Origin: Monocercomonoides exilis PA203
Lineage: Eukaryota; Protista; Preaxostyla
DNA length: 64,000 nucleotides
Assembly (NCBI GenBank): GCA_001643675.2
Contig: LSRY02000001.1
Coordinates: forward strand, 1,798,001-1,862,000
Direction of reading: 5' to 3'
Of this stretch, positions 49,687 through 61,357 are shown in pieces. Position 1 is the first letter of the stretch. Each line of letters starts with the position of its first letter. The translations under genes were made by a program, and so were the position numbers. The notes beneath the pieces are model-generated. The model did no database searches, was not told the DNA's origin, and was given only the letters and a program-made list of their open reading frames with translations.

Positions 49687-52600
49687 CAGGAGACAAAGTG
49701 AGTGCAGCCGAACAAGCTGAGGAGTGAAAGAAACAAGCAACAGATGAACAGGATCAATGAAGAAGCTAGGAAGTTTTTTTAACATATCTTTGATCCAACA
49801 ACGAAGGCGAAGACCACAAAGATGATTATCTGCTCGTCACGGAAGATACCGATTCTCAAAATGCTGTTTGATGATGGGCTTCCTTCTCTTCTCTCTGTGT
49901 TGTCTCGGGCAAGCTCCTCTGAAACGGCTTGCAATCCGAAAATAGAAGACGAACTGCTGTTGAGCGACCTGGTGTCATTCGTTGAAGGTTGACTGATTCT
50001 CAACCTGCACATTTGCATGAAAGAGGAGGAGGAGAATATCGCAAGTTTTTGACATGAGCTCAATACAAGAGATAATTCAGTAGAAAACCACACGAAAGAT
50101 AGATTCTGAAACTGAACATTCTTCTGTCTCACTTCGAATGTCTGCATTTCTGTTTCAATCTAATCATTTTCTTCTTCCATTTCTTCTTTATTCAAAAATT
50201 CTGCAAATACTTCATTTTCTTCATTTTCTCGCGAGCCTTCAACTTGCAACAGACTTTGCTTCTCCTCTTCAATACATCAACAATCATCGCTGTCTTTTGA
50301 CTCACCTATCTTCTCCATCATGATCTTCTTTCCTCTTCCAAGGCTGTTTTTGTTCTCATGATTGCCCTTTCAGTTGAAGTCGGCTTGCCTATGAGCATCC
50401 ATTCAAAAATGATCAACACGATGAACCGTGAAGAAAAAAAGAAATGTTTGAGCACAGCATGTTGCGATTATGGAATGCCGTAATGGACAATTTACACACT
50501 GGAAGTGAGTGTGCCATCAAGCAGACAGCAGGCGAAAGATACAGAACGGCCAATGAATTGAATGATGGAGACGATAATGTTTCAAAGAGCAGCAGAAGAT
50601 GCTCTGCTAATTCTGCAACAGCATCTGTATTGAGGATGAGCGGAAGATAAATATCAAAAGAGAGAGAATGAGTATGAGAATGTGAGAAGAAAAGGTTGAA
50701 GCGATCAAAGCACATGGTTGCGATGAAGAAGTTGGTGAAGAAAGAGAATGCGATCGTGATGGGCACAAAGTTGCTGTTCGAGTATTGAACCATAGACCTC
50801 TCCTTGAGAGATGCCCTATTCCATTCAGCATCTTTCTTCTTTCATTCACACAGCTGTATTCGACCAACTCATAACGATCGATGAAAGTTTCATAAAAAAT
50901 GTGTTGAAGTTGGCAGTTTAGCAGATAGCTTTTCGTTCCTCTCTCCCTCTCTTCGACTTTTTTCACAGAGCATATCTCAACAAGAGCGAGAGGAGCTTCA
51001 TCAAGTGCGCCTGTGATGGGGAAGAGTTTATCACGAACAACAACACAGGAACCACCTTTGAAAATACATGTCCTCCATCTTTCCCACATGCAGAAGCGTC
51101 TGCAATGGCGAATTCGATCATCCATTTTAACTAACAGCTCATCTTCACAGCTGGTTTAAGGAGCAAAGAACACTTCTTCAAAAAGCCTCAGCTGTCTCTT
51201 GAGTTGGATGTCAGTCTTGTGTTTAACTTTGCAGACGGGATTTTAACCTTCCACAAACTTCATTTGAAGCTCGAGAGCGGTTAAGAAGAGCTCGAAGGAG
51301 AGGCACTGAAGTTTCAAAGGTTGTTCTTGCAGATCTATTCGAACAAACAGAGGGAGAAAGAACAAAGGGGCTTGTTTGCTTTTGGAAAGGGGAAGAATAT
51401 TGTGAGACATTAACAACAAGCAACTTCTTCTTATTTCAATTCGTCTCCATCATTGTTAATTGAACACTCGTCCAACCTGTTTCACAAAGCGCACATGTTT
51501 GTATTCAGTCAAAAAAGACAGACACTTGGGAGATTTCACAAATTCCTCGTTTTGTGTTCCATTTCTGCTCGCAACTTCAGCTCAAGTGGACTGAAGAGAT
51601 GTGGGATCATTTCTTTGTTCGAGGCACCTATCTTGGAATTATAACGATAAGGAAATTGAACAGAAGAGGGGAATTATTTGTATTTCCGAATCAGAAGAAT
51701 CAACTGAGCTTATGCTTTATCTCCTCAAAAAAACACTAAACTCTATCTGCTTTGTGTTTCTCTTATTTTCTCAAGGCACAGTTTTCTGCTTGTTGTTGTG
51801 CCTATAGGCCTTTCCAACATGTTGCTGCCTCATCATGTCTGAAACCTCCTCCAGTGCCTCATATGCTCCATATGCATCCGCTTCAAGTGGCCGTTTGCGC
51901 TAAAAAGGGAAATCAAAAACGGTAAGATGCACTTGAGCTTCTGGATAACAACGCTTCTTCGCGCTGGTCAATACATCAGTTCAGCTGTATCTCTTCTTCC
52001 CTTAATGTCCATTGAACTCCATTCTATTTACCAATTTTTTCACTTCGTTTGTTTTCGAGTTGTTCTGACTGTTCCACTTGTTGAAGTCATATCTTTAATA
52101 TCTTTTTCTACCAAACCTCTTTTTCTCTTTCTTCTTATTCTTTGTTGAAGAAGCAACAATTTTTTTGTTGATCAAGCTGCATCATATCAACACCAAATCA
52201 TCTTTCCCATGACCTCATTCGTTGCATTATCAGCAACTGAATTCCTGCATAGGTTCAAACGCGTTCCTTTTGCAATTTGCGTTTTTAAACACTCAAATTA
52301 TAACGAATTAATAGATAATAATTATTCAAAAACTTTTTATGGACCGATTTTTCGAAAAAATTTTTCTTGTTGAAAAAAATGACTTTTGAAAAATGACCCA
52401 TAAAAACATGAATTTCAATAAAATTTATTCAAATTTAAAAGAAAACGTGATTTTCACACATCCAACGTGCTTTTATAATAATATAAATTTATTTTATTAA
52501 TTAATTTTCATCAAAAAAAATATAAATCATAAATAAAAAATTAAATTAAATATCTATGATCTAACCCACAATAAAATTTTTAATATCTGGAAAATTTGAA

Positions 52601-54090
52601 TATGCTGTTTAAGTTAAAATAGAACCTAAAAGTATGTAGTTCGTTCACTTTTATATGTTAATGTAAGTATATTATTATATGCTAACTTGTATAATGTTGA
52701 AAACAGATTTAATTATCAGTGACACAAACACATGCATTTTCACTTCCATGTTGTTAAGTTGAAAGATTAAAATTTCAAAATTGGTTTCAATGGAACGCAA
52801 AAGGTTTTATATAGTTTTTTTCATCAAATAAATATTTATTAAGCTATTTTCCTACGAATTTTTTCTTGTTTTTTGGAATATTTATATTTTTTTGTATTAG
52901 GCTCGATCATAGCATGCTTAAATAAATCAATGTTGCAAAATTAAACATTACTTACACAAAATGGCTCAATATTGAGAAATTAAAACATATACTAAATAAA
53001 AGTTTGGTTTTTTTTACCATAAAAAAAAGAATTGTTTGAATTTGATTTATTTTACTCTAACAGTGAATTAGATGTTGTAATATGTGGAAGTGAAGAAGAA
53101 CCATGCCAAATGATGTGCAAATGGATAAAAAATATGAATTTGGGAAATGAAATGAAAATAATTCAGATTGAAAAACCAAATCAATCTAATTTTTCATTTT
53201 TTTTTTAAAAAACATAAAAATGACAAACTTTTATAAAGTTCATTGTTTTTATAATCCAACATTGAATAATTTTGTGTGATAATTGTTAATTTTTGCAAGA
53301 TTAATTCATAAACGCATGTTTTGATCGAGTCTAATAAAAAAATACATTAACATATCAAAGGAAAAGAAAATATTTGAAAGAAAAAAACAAAATGAATATT
53401 TATTTGATATTATGAATCATATAATACCTTTTGCGTTCCATTGAAACCAATTTTGAAATTTTAATCTTTCAACTTAACAACATGGAAGTGAAAATGCATG
53501 TGTTTGTGTCACTGATAATTAAATCTGTTTTCAACATTATACAAGTTAGCATATAATAATATACTTACATTAACATATAAAAGTGAACGAACTACATACT
53601 TTTAGGTTCTATTTTAACTTAAACAGCATATTCAAATTTTCCAGATATTAAAAATTTTATTGTGGGTTAGATCATAGATATTTAATTTAATTTTTTATTT
53701 ATGATTTATATTTTTTTTGATGAAAATTAATTAATAAAATAAATTTATATTATTATAAAAGCACGTTGGATGTGTGAAAATCACGTTTTCTTTTAAATTT
53801 GAATAAATTTTATTGAAATTCATGTTTTTATGGGTCATTTTTCAAAAGTCATTTTTTTCAACAAGAAAAATTTTTTCGAAAAATCGGTCCATAAAAAGTT
53901 TTTGAATAATTATTATCTATTAATTCGTTATAATTTGAGTGTTTAAAAACGCAAATTGCAAAAGGAACGCGTTTGAACCAATGCCCTGAATTCCTTCAAT
54001 TGGTTGTTCTTTATACCAGTAGTTTGAGGATGCGTAAGGAAAGGAGCAAGCAGCATGGAGTGAATAAGATCAACACTTCTTCATTTATTT
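49687..54090. repeat. Dispersed duplication, copy B, split by a foldback insertion
   Basis: Homologous to 1-2660; homology resumes exactly after 53994. Confidence 0.9.
52246..53985. mobile_element. 1740-bp non-autonomous foldback element (Merlin- or Mutator-like)
   Basis: Matching arms 52252-52805 and 53426-53979 (554 bp); 9-bp duplication ctgaattcc at 52237-52245 and 53986-53994; empty site near 2555. Confidence 0.95.
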
Positions 54091-54149
54091 AATGAAAAAA
54101 TTATTTAATGTGAAAGAATAAACTGAACCTGAATTTTTTTTCAAAATTT

Positions 54150-54377
54150 GGATGGTTGTTTTTTTAAATTGAATTTCCTTTTTGTTTTGATCTTTGTTGT
54201 GAACTTTGAATTCAGTTTTGAATTAAACTGGCCAAATTTCGATCACCCCCCTCCCCCTCTTTTTTTCAAGGCTATTTTTGCTTCAAGTTTCAATGATTAT
54301 ATTGATAGGAAAAAAAAATTGAAATATCTAAGGAATAAAAAATCAGAAAAAAGTTATGATTTCAAAAATAATCACGC
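54150..54377. mobile_element. Degenerate copy of the gggtgattattttt MITE
   Basis: Right end aaaaagttatgatttcaaaaataatcacgc|atat is the reverse complement of the family left end. Confidence 0.55.
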
Positions 54378-54776
54378 ATATAATCACATTTTTTTTGGGG
54401 CAAAATTCTTGCATATATGAAAAAAACTGTGTTTGTTCGAAACTTTTTCTTCAATCAAGACATTTTTTATAAACAGTTGCAATACAAAAAATTAATGAAA
54501 AATTTCGAAATTGAGAAAAGCATTTGTTAGAGAAGAATGGAACAAAATTTTTAAAGCAAAATATTGTTTCCCATTTCATTATGGGTGCTTTTTTCATTGA
54601 AAAATCGATCAGATATTCACTGTTCTTGTTAATTGTTAATTCTTTATGAAATACATAAATTTAGAAAATCAAACTTTTGATGAGTATTTTGTTTTTTTAT
54701 GTCATGTTTTTTGAAATGTATGATAAAACACGAATGAAAAAACTCTTCATCGTTTCAGTTGTTAAAAAAGCAAAAT

Positions 54777-56025
54777 CTATTGCGGAAGTCCAAAATAAAC
54801 TGGCATTCTGTCGATGTTCATTATTCCCCATTCTCTTCCCTTTGTTTGTCTTGTTTTTCTTGTGCATGAAAGCGGCAATGATCTGTTATCCAATTTCACA
54901 ATTTCGATCACTTTATGGAAGCTTTCTTCGAAAAGCTGAGCAGTTGAAGGAGTCTTGTGAAAATCATTCACAAGTCCACTTTTTTTAAAAGCAGAAAAAA
55001 TGTTTATCGATGAAGAAACTTGCAATATTGCGTTCATTCCTACCCACAAAAGTTGTTCCATGCTGTCGTGTGTCGAACCAGACCTAACCTGTTAAATTTG
55101 AAGCTTCCAGAGAGAGAAAATTGACAAGTCCAATGACTGCAGCAAATGTGTGGTATTCGGAGGTGAAACCAAAAGCAAAACATTTTCATTGGCAAGTCGA
55201 GTCAATACGTTGTCCGACAGGTGGATTCGGCAACCATCAAGCATTAACACAGCCTGTGCATGTTTATCTGGTTAAATCATTCTTTTGATGTTAACATGAG
55301 GAATGAAAACTTTCTCAATCCAGTTTTCAAACAACTCCTTTTGTAAAATAAAACGAATTTCCGATTTCAACGCAACCATGAATTCCAATTTGATAGCCTA
55401 GAGATTGAAGGGATCTAATGTTGAATGGTTTTTGCACCAGAAAACAAGGAGGAACAAAAGTTCCATCAAGCGAAATGCAATGGAGAAATGAAATCGTTTT
55501 TTCTCCTCTGTCCACAGGCGTGCGATCACTTTCACGATTTTCATTTGTTCCAACAATAAGGTTCACCTTTCTTGTGTCTTCATGCGCGCGATAACCTGAT
55601 TCATCAGCACAAAAGATCATGGATGTATGTTTTCCACATACATATTGAACAAAATAATTTTTCCAAGTGATAATGCTTTGTTCCGATATTTTTATTCTTT
55701 TTTCATCTCTCACGCTTGTTGAGACTACAATCAATTCCTTCCCATGCCTTTTTTTGAATGAAGAATGAAAATTGTGAGGATGTGTTTCATGACAAACTTT
55801 CACAACAACGGCTCTAACCGTTTTCGGTGTGATTTGCTTTCTTTTATCTCTCATATTTTTCAGTATATCCATGACCCGTTTTTCTTGCTTTCGAGTCATC
55901 AACATGTTCTTTTTCTCGATAACCTTTTTCCTTATATATCCTGTTCGAATCTGGCAGACAAGGCTCTGTGTGCAGTTAAGAGCCTTTGCAATTGGAACAT
56001 TTGAAGGAATTTTCACTTTTCTCAT
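54777..56025 (-). pseudogene. pogo/Fot1-like DDE_1 transposase (DD35D), frameshifted
   Basis: CADESG and ISFLHCISLDG...PP; after a +1 A frameshift near 55340, LMLDG-x-PPNTTHLLQSLD (35 aa between the Asps) and NIFSAFKKSG; two TAA stops; TIRs not found. Confidence 0.85.
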
Positions 56026-56427
56026 TTTGCAAGCGTTAAAGAAGGAACGAATTTATGAAACTTTCGTTTTTGAAATGTTTCGAGACAAGAAGGATGAAAT
56101 GAAGTGGAGGTCCATTTTTGGAATATATCCTGTTATTACTGTTTCAAATGAAGATGTGCTAAAAGTTGAAATAACGAAAGGCATTCCCAATAAAAAGATA
56201 GACAAATTAGTTTTGCTTGAACAACCATTATAATTAAAGAATTACTGTTACCAACATTTAACAAATAACATAAATGGTGAGTGACTGGTTTTTTGATCAA
56301 TAATTAAAAATTTTCACTTTTTCAAAAATGTGCTCAAATAAGTCTTAATTATGTTTATTTATAAAACCTGTGTGACATGATGAAATTTTTGTCTTCACGT
56401 CCGTCAGTGAATTTTTGTCACGTCAGT

Positions 56428-56463
<36 letters not shown>

Positions 56464-56871
56464 CCTATTAAGAAAAAAAATAACTTAATTATTAATAGTG
56501 AACGTTTTTTATTTTTGAATAAAAAGTTTATTAGAAATAATTTTTTGAAAGGTGCAATTTTTGATTTGATTTTTTTTTCCCATAAATCGATTTCAATTTT
56601 TAATTAAGAATGAGTTGCTTTTAATCAGAGATCCAACGCCTCATTTGCGCAATAATGTTCATGATGTGTCACTCCACTACTTTTTACATAACGATTGATG
56701 TATCTAGCACTTATACGGTTTAATATAATTTAAAACTCTCTGATTTTTCATTTTGATGTTTTTTCTTTTTTCAATCAAATTTTCATATCTCTGCCCGCTA
56801 TTCTCAAGTATTTCATTTCTTAATTGCTTATTTTAGACAATCACTGAATGCCTCTTATGTTTGAATGTTAG

Positions 56872-58728
56872 TTGAATTTTATCAAAAAATATTTTAAAAG
56901 ATTTCTCTTTTTCATCATTTCCTCCGCATCCTTTCCTGTCCCCACGCTCTTTCATCGATTCAACCTTCAATTAAGAACATACAACTTCATTTTTCAGACA
57001 TGCTCTTCTTCAAATGCTGCTGTGGTTCATGAAGGAACAGAATCTCAAATAGCGAAACCTGGAAGACTGACTTCATTCGATTTTAATAGCCATCCCTTCG
57101 AATGGTGTGAATGGAATAATTCAAATAGTGGGAATGATAATGGAGGTGCACTTTTTGTTGAATGCTCAAATGCAAATCTTGTAATCGCTTCTTGTTCATT
57201 CAACAATAGTTCTAGTGGTGATGTTGGCGGGGCGTTGTTTTGCAGATATTTATTTAACGTCAACATCGTAAAATCCAATTTCACGGGATGCTCGGCTGGT
57301 CATGGAGGAGCAGTCCATGCTACAAGTCCACAATCAAATTCTGTTTGGACATTCTCAGAAAACAGGGTGGAAAGTTGTTCAATCACAAACTGGTGCGGAA
57401 CTGGCTGGTATTTTTATATTGGTGCTTTTCCATCAAACGGCCAATTTCAGTTTTTAAAATGCAAATGCATTTCAAATTCTGGTGGTGATGCTGCTGGTTC
57501 TCTAACATTCAATTGGCCTCCTCAAGTGAAGCCTAATCAATTTTTGATTGATGATTGCCAGTTTATAAACAACAAATTGACAAATTCTTCAACACACGGA
57601 GGTGCTGCAATGTTTTTTTATAACACTTTTAATTGGATGAATGGAATAAAATTCATCACATTCTGTTTCTTCGATGGAAACACAGCAACTAATGGCAGAG
57701 GAAACGATGTGTTCTTCAGTGGCAATGCAATCACCCAACCTCCATTTCAGAATTGTGGCTCAACAACTCCAACAAAAAGAGTGTATAATAATGGACAAGC
57801 TGATAATGCTGAATATAATGGCTGGCTCCCCCTCATTGCCCAGAACAAAATCGTTGCCTGCAATGGAACTGATATCGATGCCTGTGGCAGACCCCAACAG
57901 ACCCCATGTGCCACCATCGAGTATGCCCTCACTGGCTTCATCTCCCTCCTCAAAGACGCCTCTCTCACCCTCCTTTCCTCAACATTTGTTCCAACTCAAA
58001 CACTCACTTTCAGCGCAGTTGACACTAAAATCACAGGAAATGGAACAGATGCCACCACCATCGCCTCCAGTGGCATTCCTCAACCACCAATCTCATATTC
58101 ACAGTCATCACAATCAACATCATCATTTTCTTCATTTTCATCCTTGTCATCTGCATCTTCTTCGCCAGATCCATCTGCCTCGTCTGCCCTCTTCCAACAA
58201 ACACAGGGCTCCCTCACAGTCTCTGCCCTCGCCATCGCGCACAATTCCACAAACCAAATCACCCCCATCCTCTTCCACCTCTCCGGTAACTCCCCTTCCC
58301 TCAACCTCAACACAACCACCATCACCGGAACAACCTCCATAACAATAAAAACTCCCCTCTTCTTCCTCACTGCTGGCTCCCTCTCCCTCAACCACACAGC
58401 AATCACCAGTCTCCCCCTCAGCAGCCCCAGCATCTTCCACATCACCTCCCTCACAAACCCCCTCACCCTCAACTCCTCCAACATCACTCACATCACCTCC
58501 ACTGCCGCCCCCACCAGCTGTGTCCTCTCCTCCGCAACCTCCCCTGACCTCTCCCTCTCCCTCACCAACTGCACTATCACCAACATCAACTCAGCTCCAC
58601 AACACCATCAGACTTCCACCAATTGCGGGTGCATCTCATTCGCCACATCTGCCTTTGCTAACACATTTTCTGTGGGCAACACCAAATTCACTGAATGTGA
58701 TATGAGCAAAGAAGAATCGAAGAATTAG
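56872..58728 (+). CDS. Ectodomain-only, probably truncated paralog of the beta-helix receptor family
   Basis: CEW...GGALFV, FCFFDGN...GNDV and CGRPQQTPCATI parallel the N-terminus of the 2582-aa protein; no TM or kinase part; true start probably in an upstream exon. Confidence 0.65.
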   Translation: MNFIKKYFKRFLFFIISSASFPVPTLFHRFNLQLRTYNFIFQTCSSSNAAVVHEGTESQIAKPGRLTSFDFNSHPFEWCEWNNSNSGNDNGGALFVECSNANLVIASCSFNNSSSGDVGGALFCRYLFNVNIVKSNFTGCSAGHGGAVHATSPQSNSVWTFSENRVESCSITNWCGTGWYFYIGAFPSNGQFQFLKCKCISNSGGDAAGSLTFNWPPQVKPNQFLIDDCQFINNKLTNSSTHGGAAMFFYNTFNWMNGIKFITFCFFDGNTATNGRGNDVFFSGNAITQPPFQNCGSTTPTKRVYNNGQADNAEYNGWLPLIAQNKIVACNGTDIDACGRPQQTPCATIEYALTGFISLLKDASLTLLSSTFVPTQTLTFSAVDTKITGNGTDATTIASSGIPQPPISYSQSSQSTSSFSSFSSLSSASSSPDPSASSALFQQTQGSLTVSALAIAHNSTNQITPILFHLSGNSPSLNLNTTTITGTTSITIKTPLFFLTAGSLSLNHTAITSLPLSSPSIFHITSLTNPLTLNSSNITHITSTAAPTSCVLSSATSPDLSLSLTNCTITNINSAPQHHQTSTNCGCISFATSAFANTFSVGNTKFTECDMSKEESKN

Positions 58729-61357
58729 AAAGAGAGAAAAGCGAATACTCAGAGATCGGAACATGTTGGTGGACATGAAAAGAAAACCCAAACGAAACCT
58801 GTTTCAAGCGGATCAAAGAGAATGACATTCTACGGGGATGATTCGAAAAAGAATGATACAAAAGATAAAAATAAAGAAACAAAAAAATTTGAATTAAGAG
58901 AAAAGATGTTAAAGAAGATAAATGAATAAACCAGATAACTGTTTCATTTCGCAAGCTTTCTGAGATTTGTAAGTTAACAAAAGCAACAAAATACAATACG
59001 TTGATTTTTTTAAAAATTTCGAGATAAATTATTAAGTATTTTTTATAAAGCAATAAAAATCAACGTGCTTCAAAAATATCTTCTGCATATTTCTTAGATA
59101 TGATGTGAGATATTGAAGAAAAAATATGAAAAATTTGAGAGCATTTGTTAACAATAAGTTATAATTATATTCAATATTGAATCTATTTTCAAAGCTATTA
59201 AGAAGTGTCAAACTTCTTAAAACATTTCATTCATTCGAACAACTATTCAGCCCTCATCTTCTGTTGACAAAGAGAGAGAAAAAAGTTCTGCAAAGTTATA
59301 AAAGACTTTTGTGCTTTTCACCATTCCATGCAAAATCTTTATCAAAAATTTCTGATCATCTTTCAATTCTTCCAGTAATGAATGATTCTTCCATTTCGCA
59401 ATCGTTATTCTAGACACAATTTGTTTCATGTTTATGATATCCAAAAAACTTTTTTCTATCACTCGTTTTCGAAGAAAAATTCTTCAGTCGTGATGTTCAG
59501 CAGGCGTTTCTGAAAAAATTGCGCTCAATAATCAAGTGATGAAGATAAGGAAGGCAGGCGCTTCAAGTCGATCGAAGAAGTTGATAAAAACTTTTCAACG
59601 TTGTCGGGAAAGAAAGATGAATGAAAAAAAACGAAAATAACATTTTATTGAAAAGGAATTTGTTGAAGCCGAATCTTCAACATATTTGTGTGCGCAACAA
59701 AGAGATGAAGATAAACAGTGAGTTGTTTGTTATCTGACTACTGGCTTTGGACATTTTAGTGAACTTTGTGAACTTGTTAAAAAAAAATAGTTCTATAAAA
59801 TTTATCATAAAAAAAACAAACCATTTTCTGATACTATTTCATTCTGGACAAATTGCTGAATTTTTTTGAGGTCAAGTTTTCCACGTGTGTTCTCGTTGCA
59901 CTTGTTCAATTTTGATTTGTTCCATAATTACTTGAGAAAAGCGTTAAAATTCTTCTTCGCACAATTCTATATCACCTTCATCATTGTAAAATGCAACTTT
60001 TTCACCAATTAATATTTATTTCAATTTTTTGTCCAACATTGAAATGCTGACTTGCCCTGACGGTCATGACCGTCACCGACGATCTAAAATTCCTTTTTTG
60101 CCTATTCGTCAGTTTCCCATTGTAATTTTTTCATTGATTAAAAGTGATAAAAAAAAGTCTTTTAATTTTATTGTACAAATAATAAATTTAAAAATGAAAT
60201 CAAATGAATTATTTGATTTTTTTGAGCTTTCACGGAAAATTTAAACTTTAATAAATCACTGACGTGAATATTTTTGTTGAGTCCGTCAGAATTGAAAATT
60301 TTCTCGTCAATGGTCATTACATCACTCAGGTTTAGTATTTATTATCAAAATTGTTCAAGCAAGTGAAAAATGCGTTTTAATGAAGAATTTTCGAAATAAA
60401 AAAAATGACCCAAAATTTATTTATTTATTTATATATTTTTATTTTTTTCTGTGTGAAGCAGCATCGTGCATTATCACAATCGGAGATAGTCACAAAAAGT
60501 TGTGCAAAACCAGATGTGATTATATCCGGTTTTGACTGCATTTTTACATTTTATATTTCTAATAGTTCATATTTGAGTTATGGAAAATATTGTAATAATT
60601 TTGACAAAAAGTGATAAACAAATATGTTTTTTTTTTCGAAGGAAAAGAAAATATTGAGACATTTTCATTGTGTGAGTTTGATTTTTCATCATTAATGTTT
60701 TTTAAAAAAATGAAGATGCAACTTCTGACTTCAAAAAAGAAGAATAATCATTCATAAAATATACAAACACAAAAAATAATAATGAATATATACAAAATGT
60801 GATGGACAAATAATCATAAACAAAGAGTTGTTTTTTGAAAATAAAATGAGAGAAAAATGGTTGATTTGCAAATATGAACAGAATCATTGCAAAAGAGAGC
60901 AACAATATTACAAAATATAAACATGGAATTACACAAAACGAAAAATAAAAGAATGACAAATTTTTCAAGGTGTTTCTCATTGCACTGAAAATTGAAAATG
61001 CTGATTATTCAAAATAAACTCACGGAAAAAGTAAAAAATAAACAATATTAACCAAACATCACTGAAAAACAAAATCAAAATCAAAAAATGAAATAGCTGT
61101 ATTGATTCATGTTCTCGCCCTTCATGCAGAAGCGGATAAAAACTGAAAAACACATCTGAATCGAATATTCAACCACTCTGATTTCATTTTTCGCTCCCTC
61201 ATTTGACTGCACATCTTTCAAAATTACCATTGACTTGAAAGCATTCAAAGCATCTTTCTCAGTGTGTTGACAAAGATTAACAATGCAAAGAAGTTCTGCC
61301 AATTGTCTTAACGAAGCCAGGATGTGGAGCAATTGCTGCTCAAAGAACAACTCAGCC

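Noticed and set aside
13014-56025. Stop-codon reassignment or readthrough to explain in-frame stops in transposases
   Set aside because: Aligned stops replace different residues (W, R, L), all three stop types occur, H4 ends in TAA, and the long host ORFs have no internal stops. Ordinary decay fits.
58900-60000. Minus-strand coding remnant
   Set aside because: Multiple stops and no recognisable motif; cannot be assigned.
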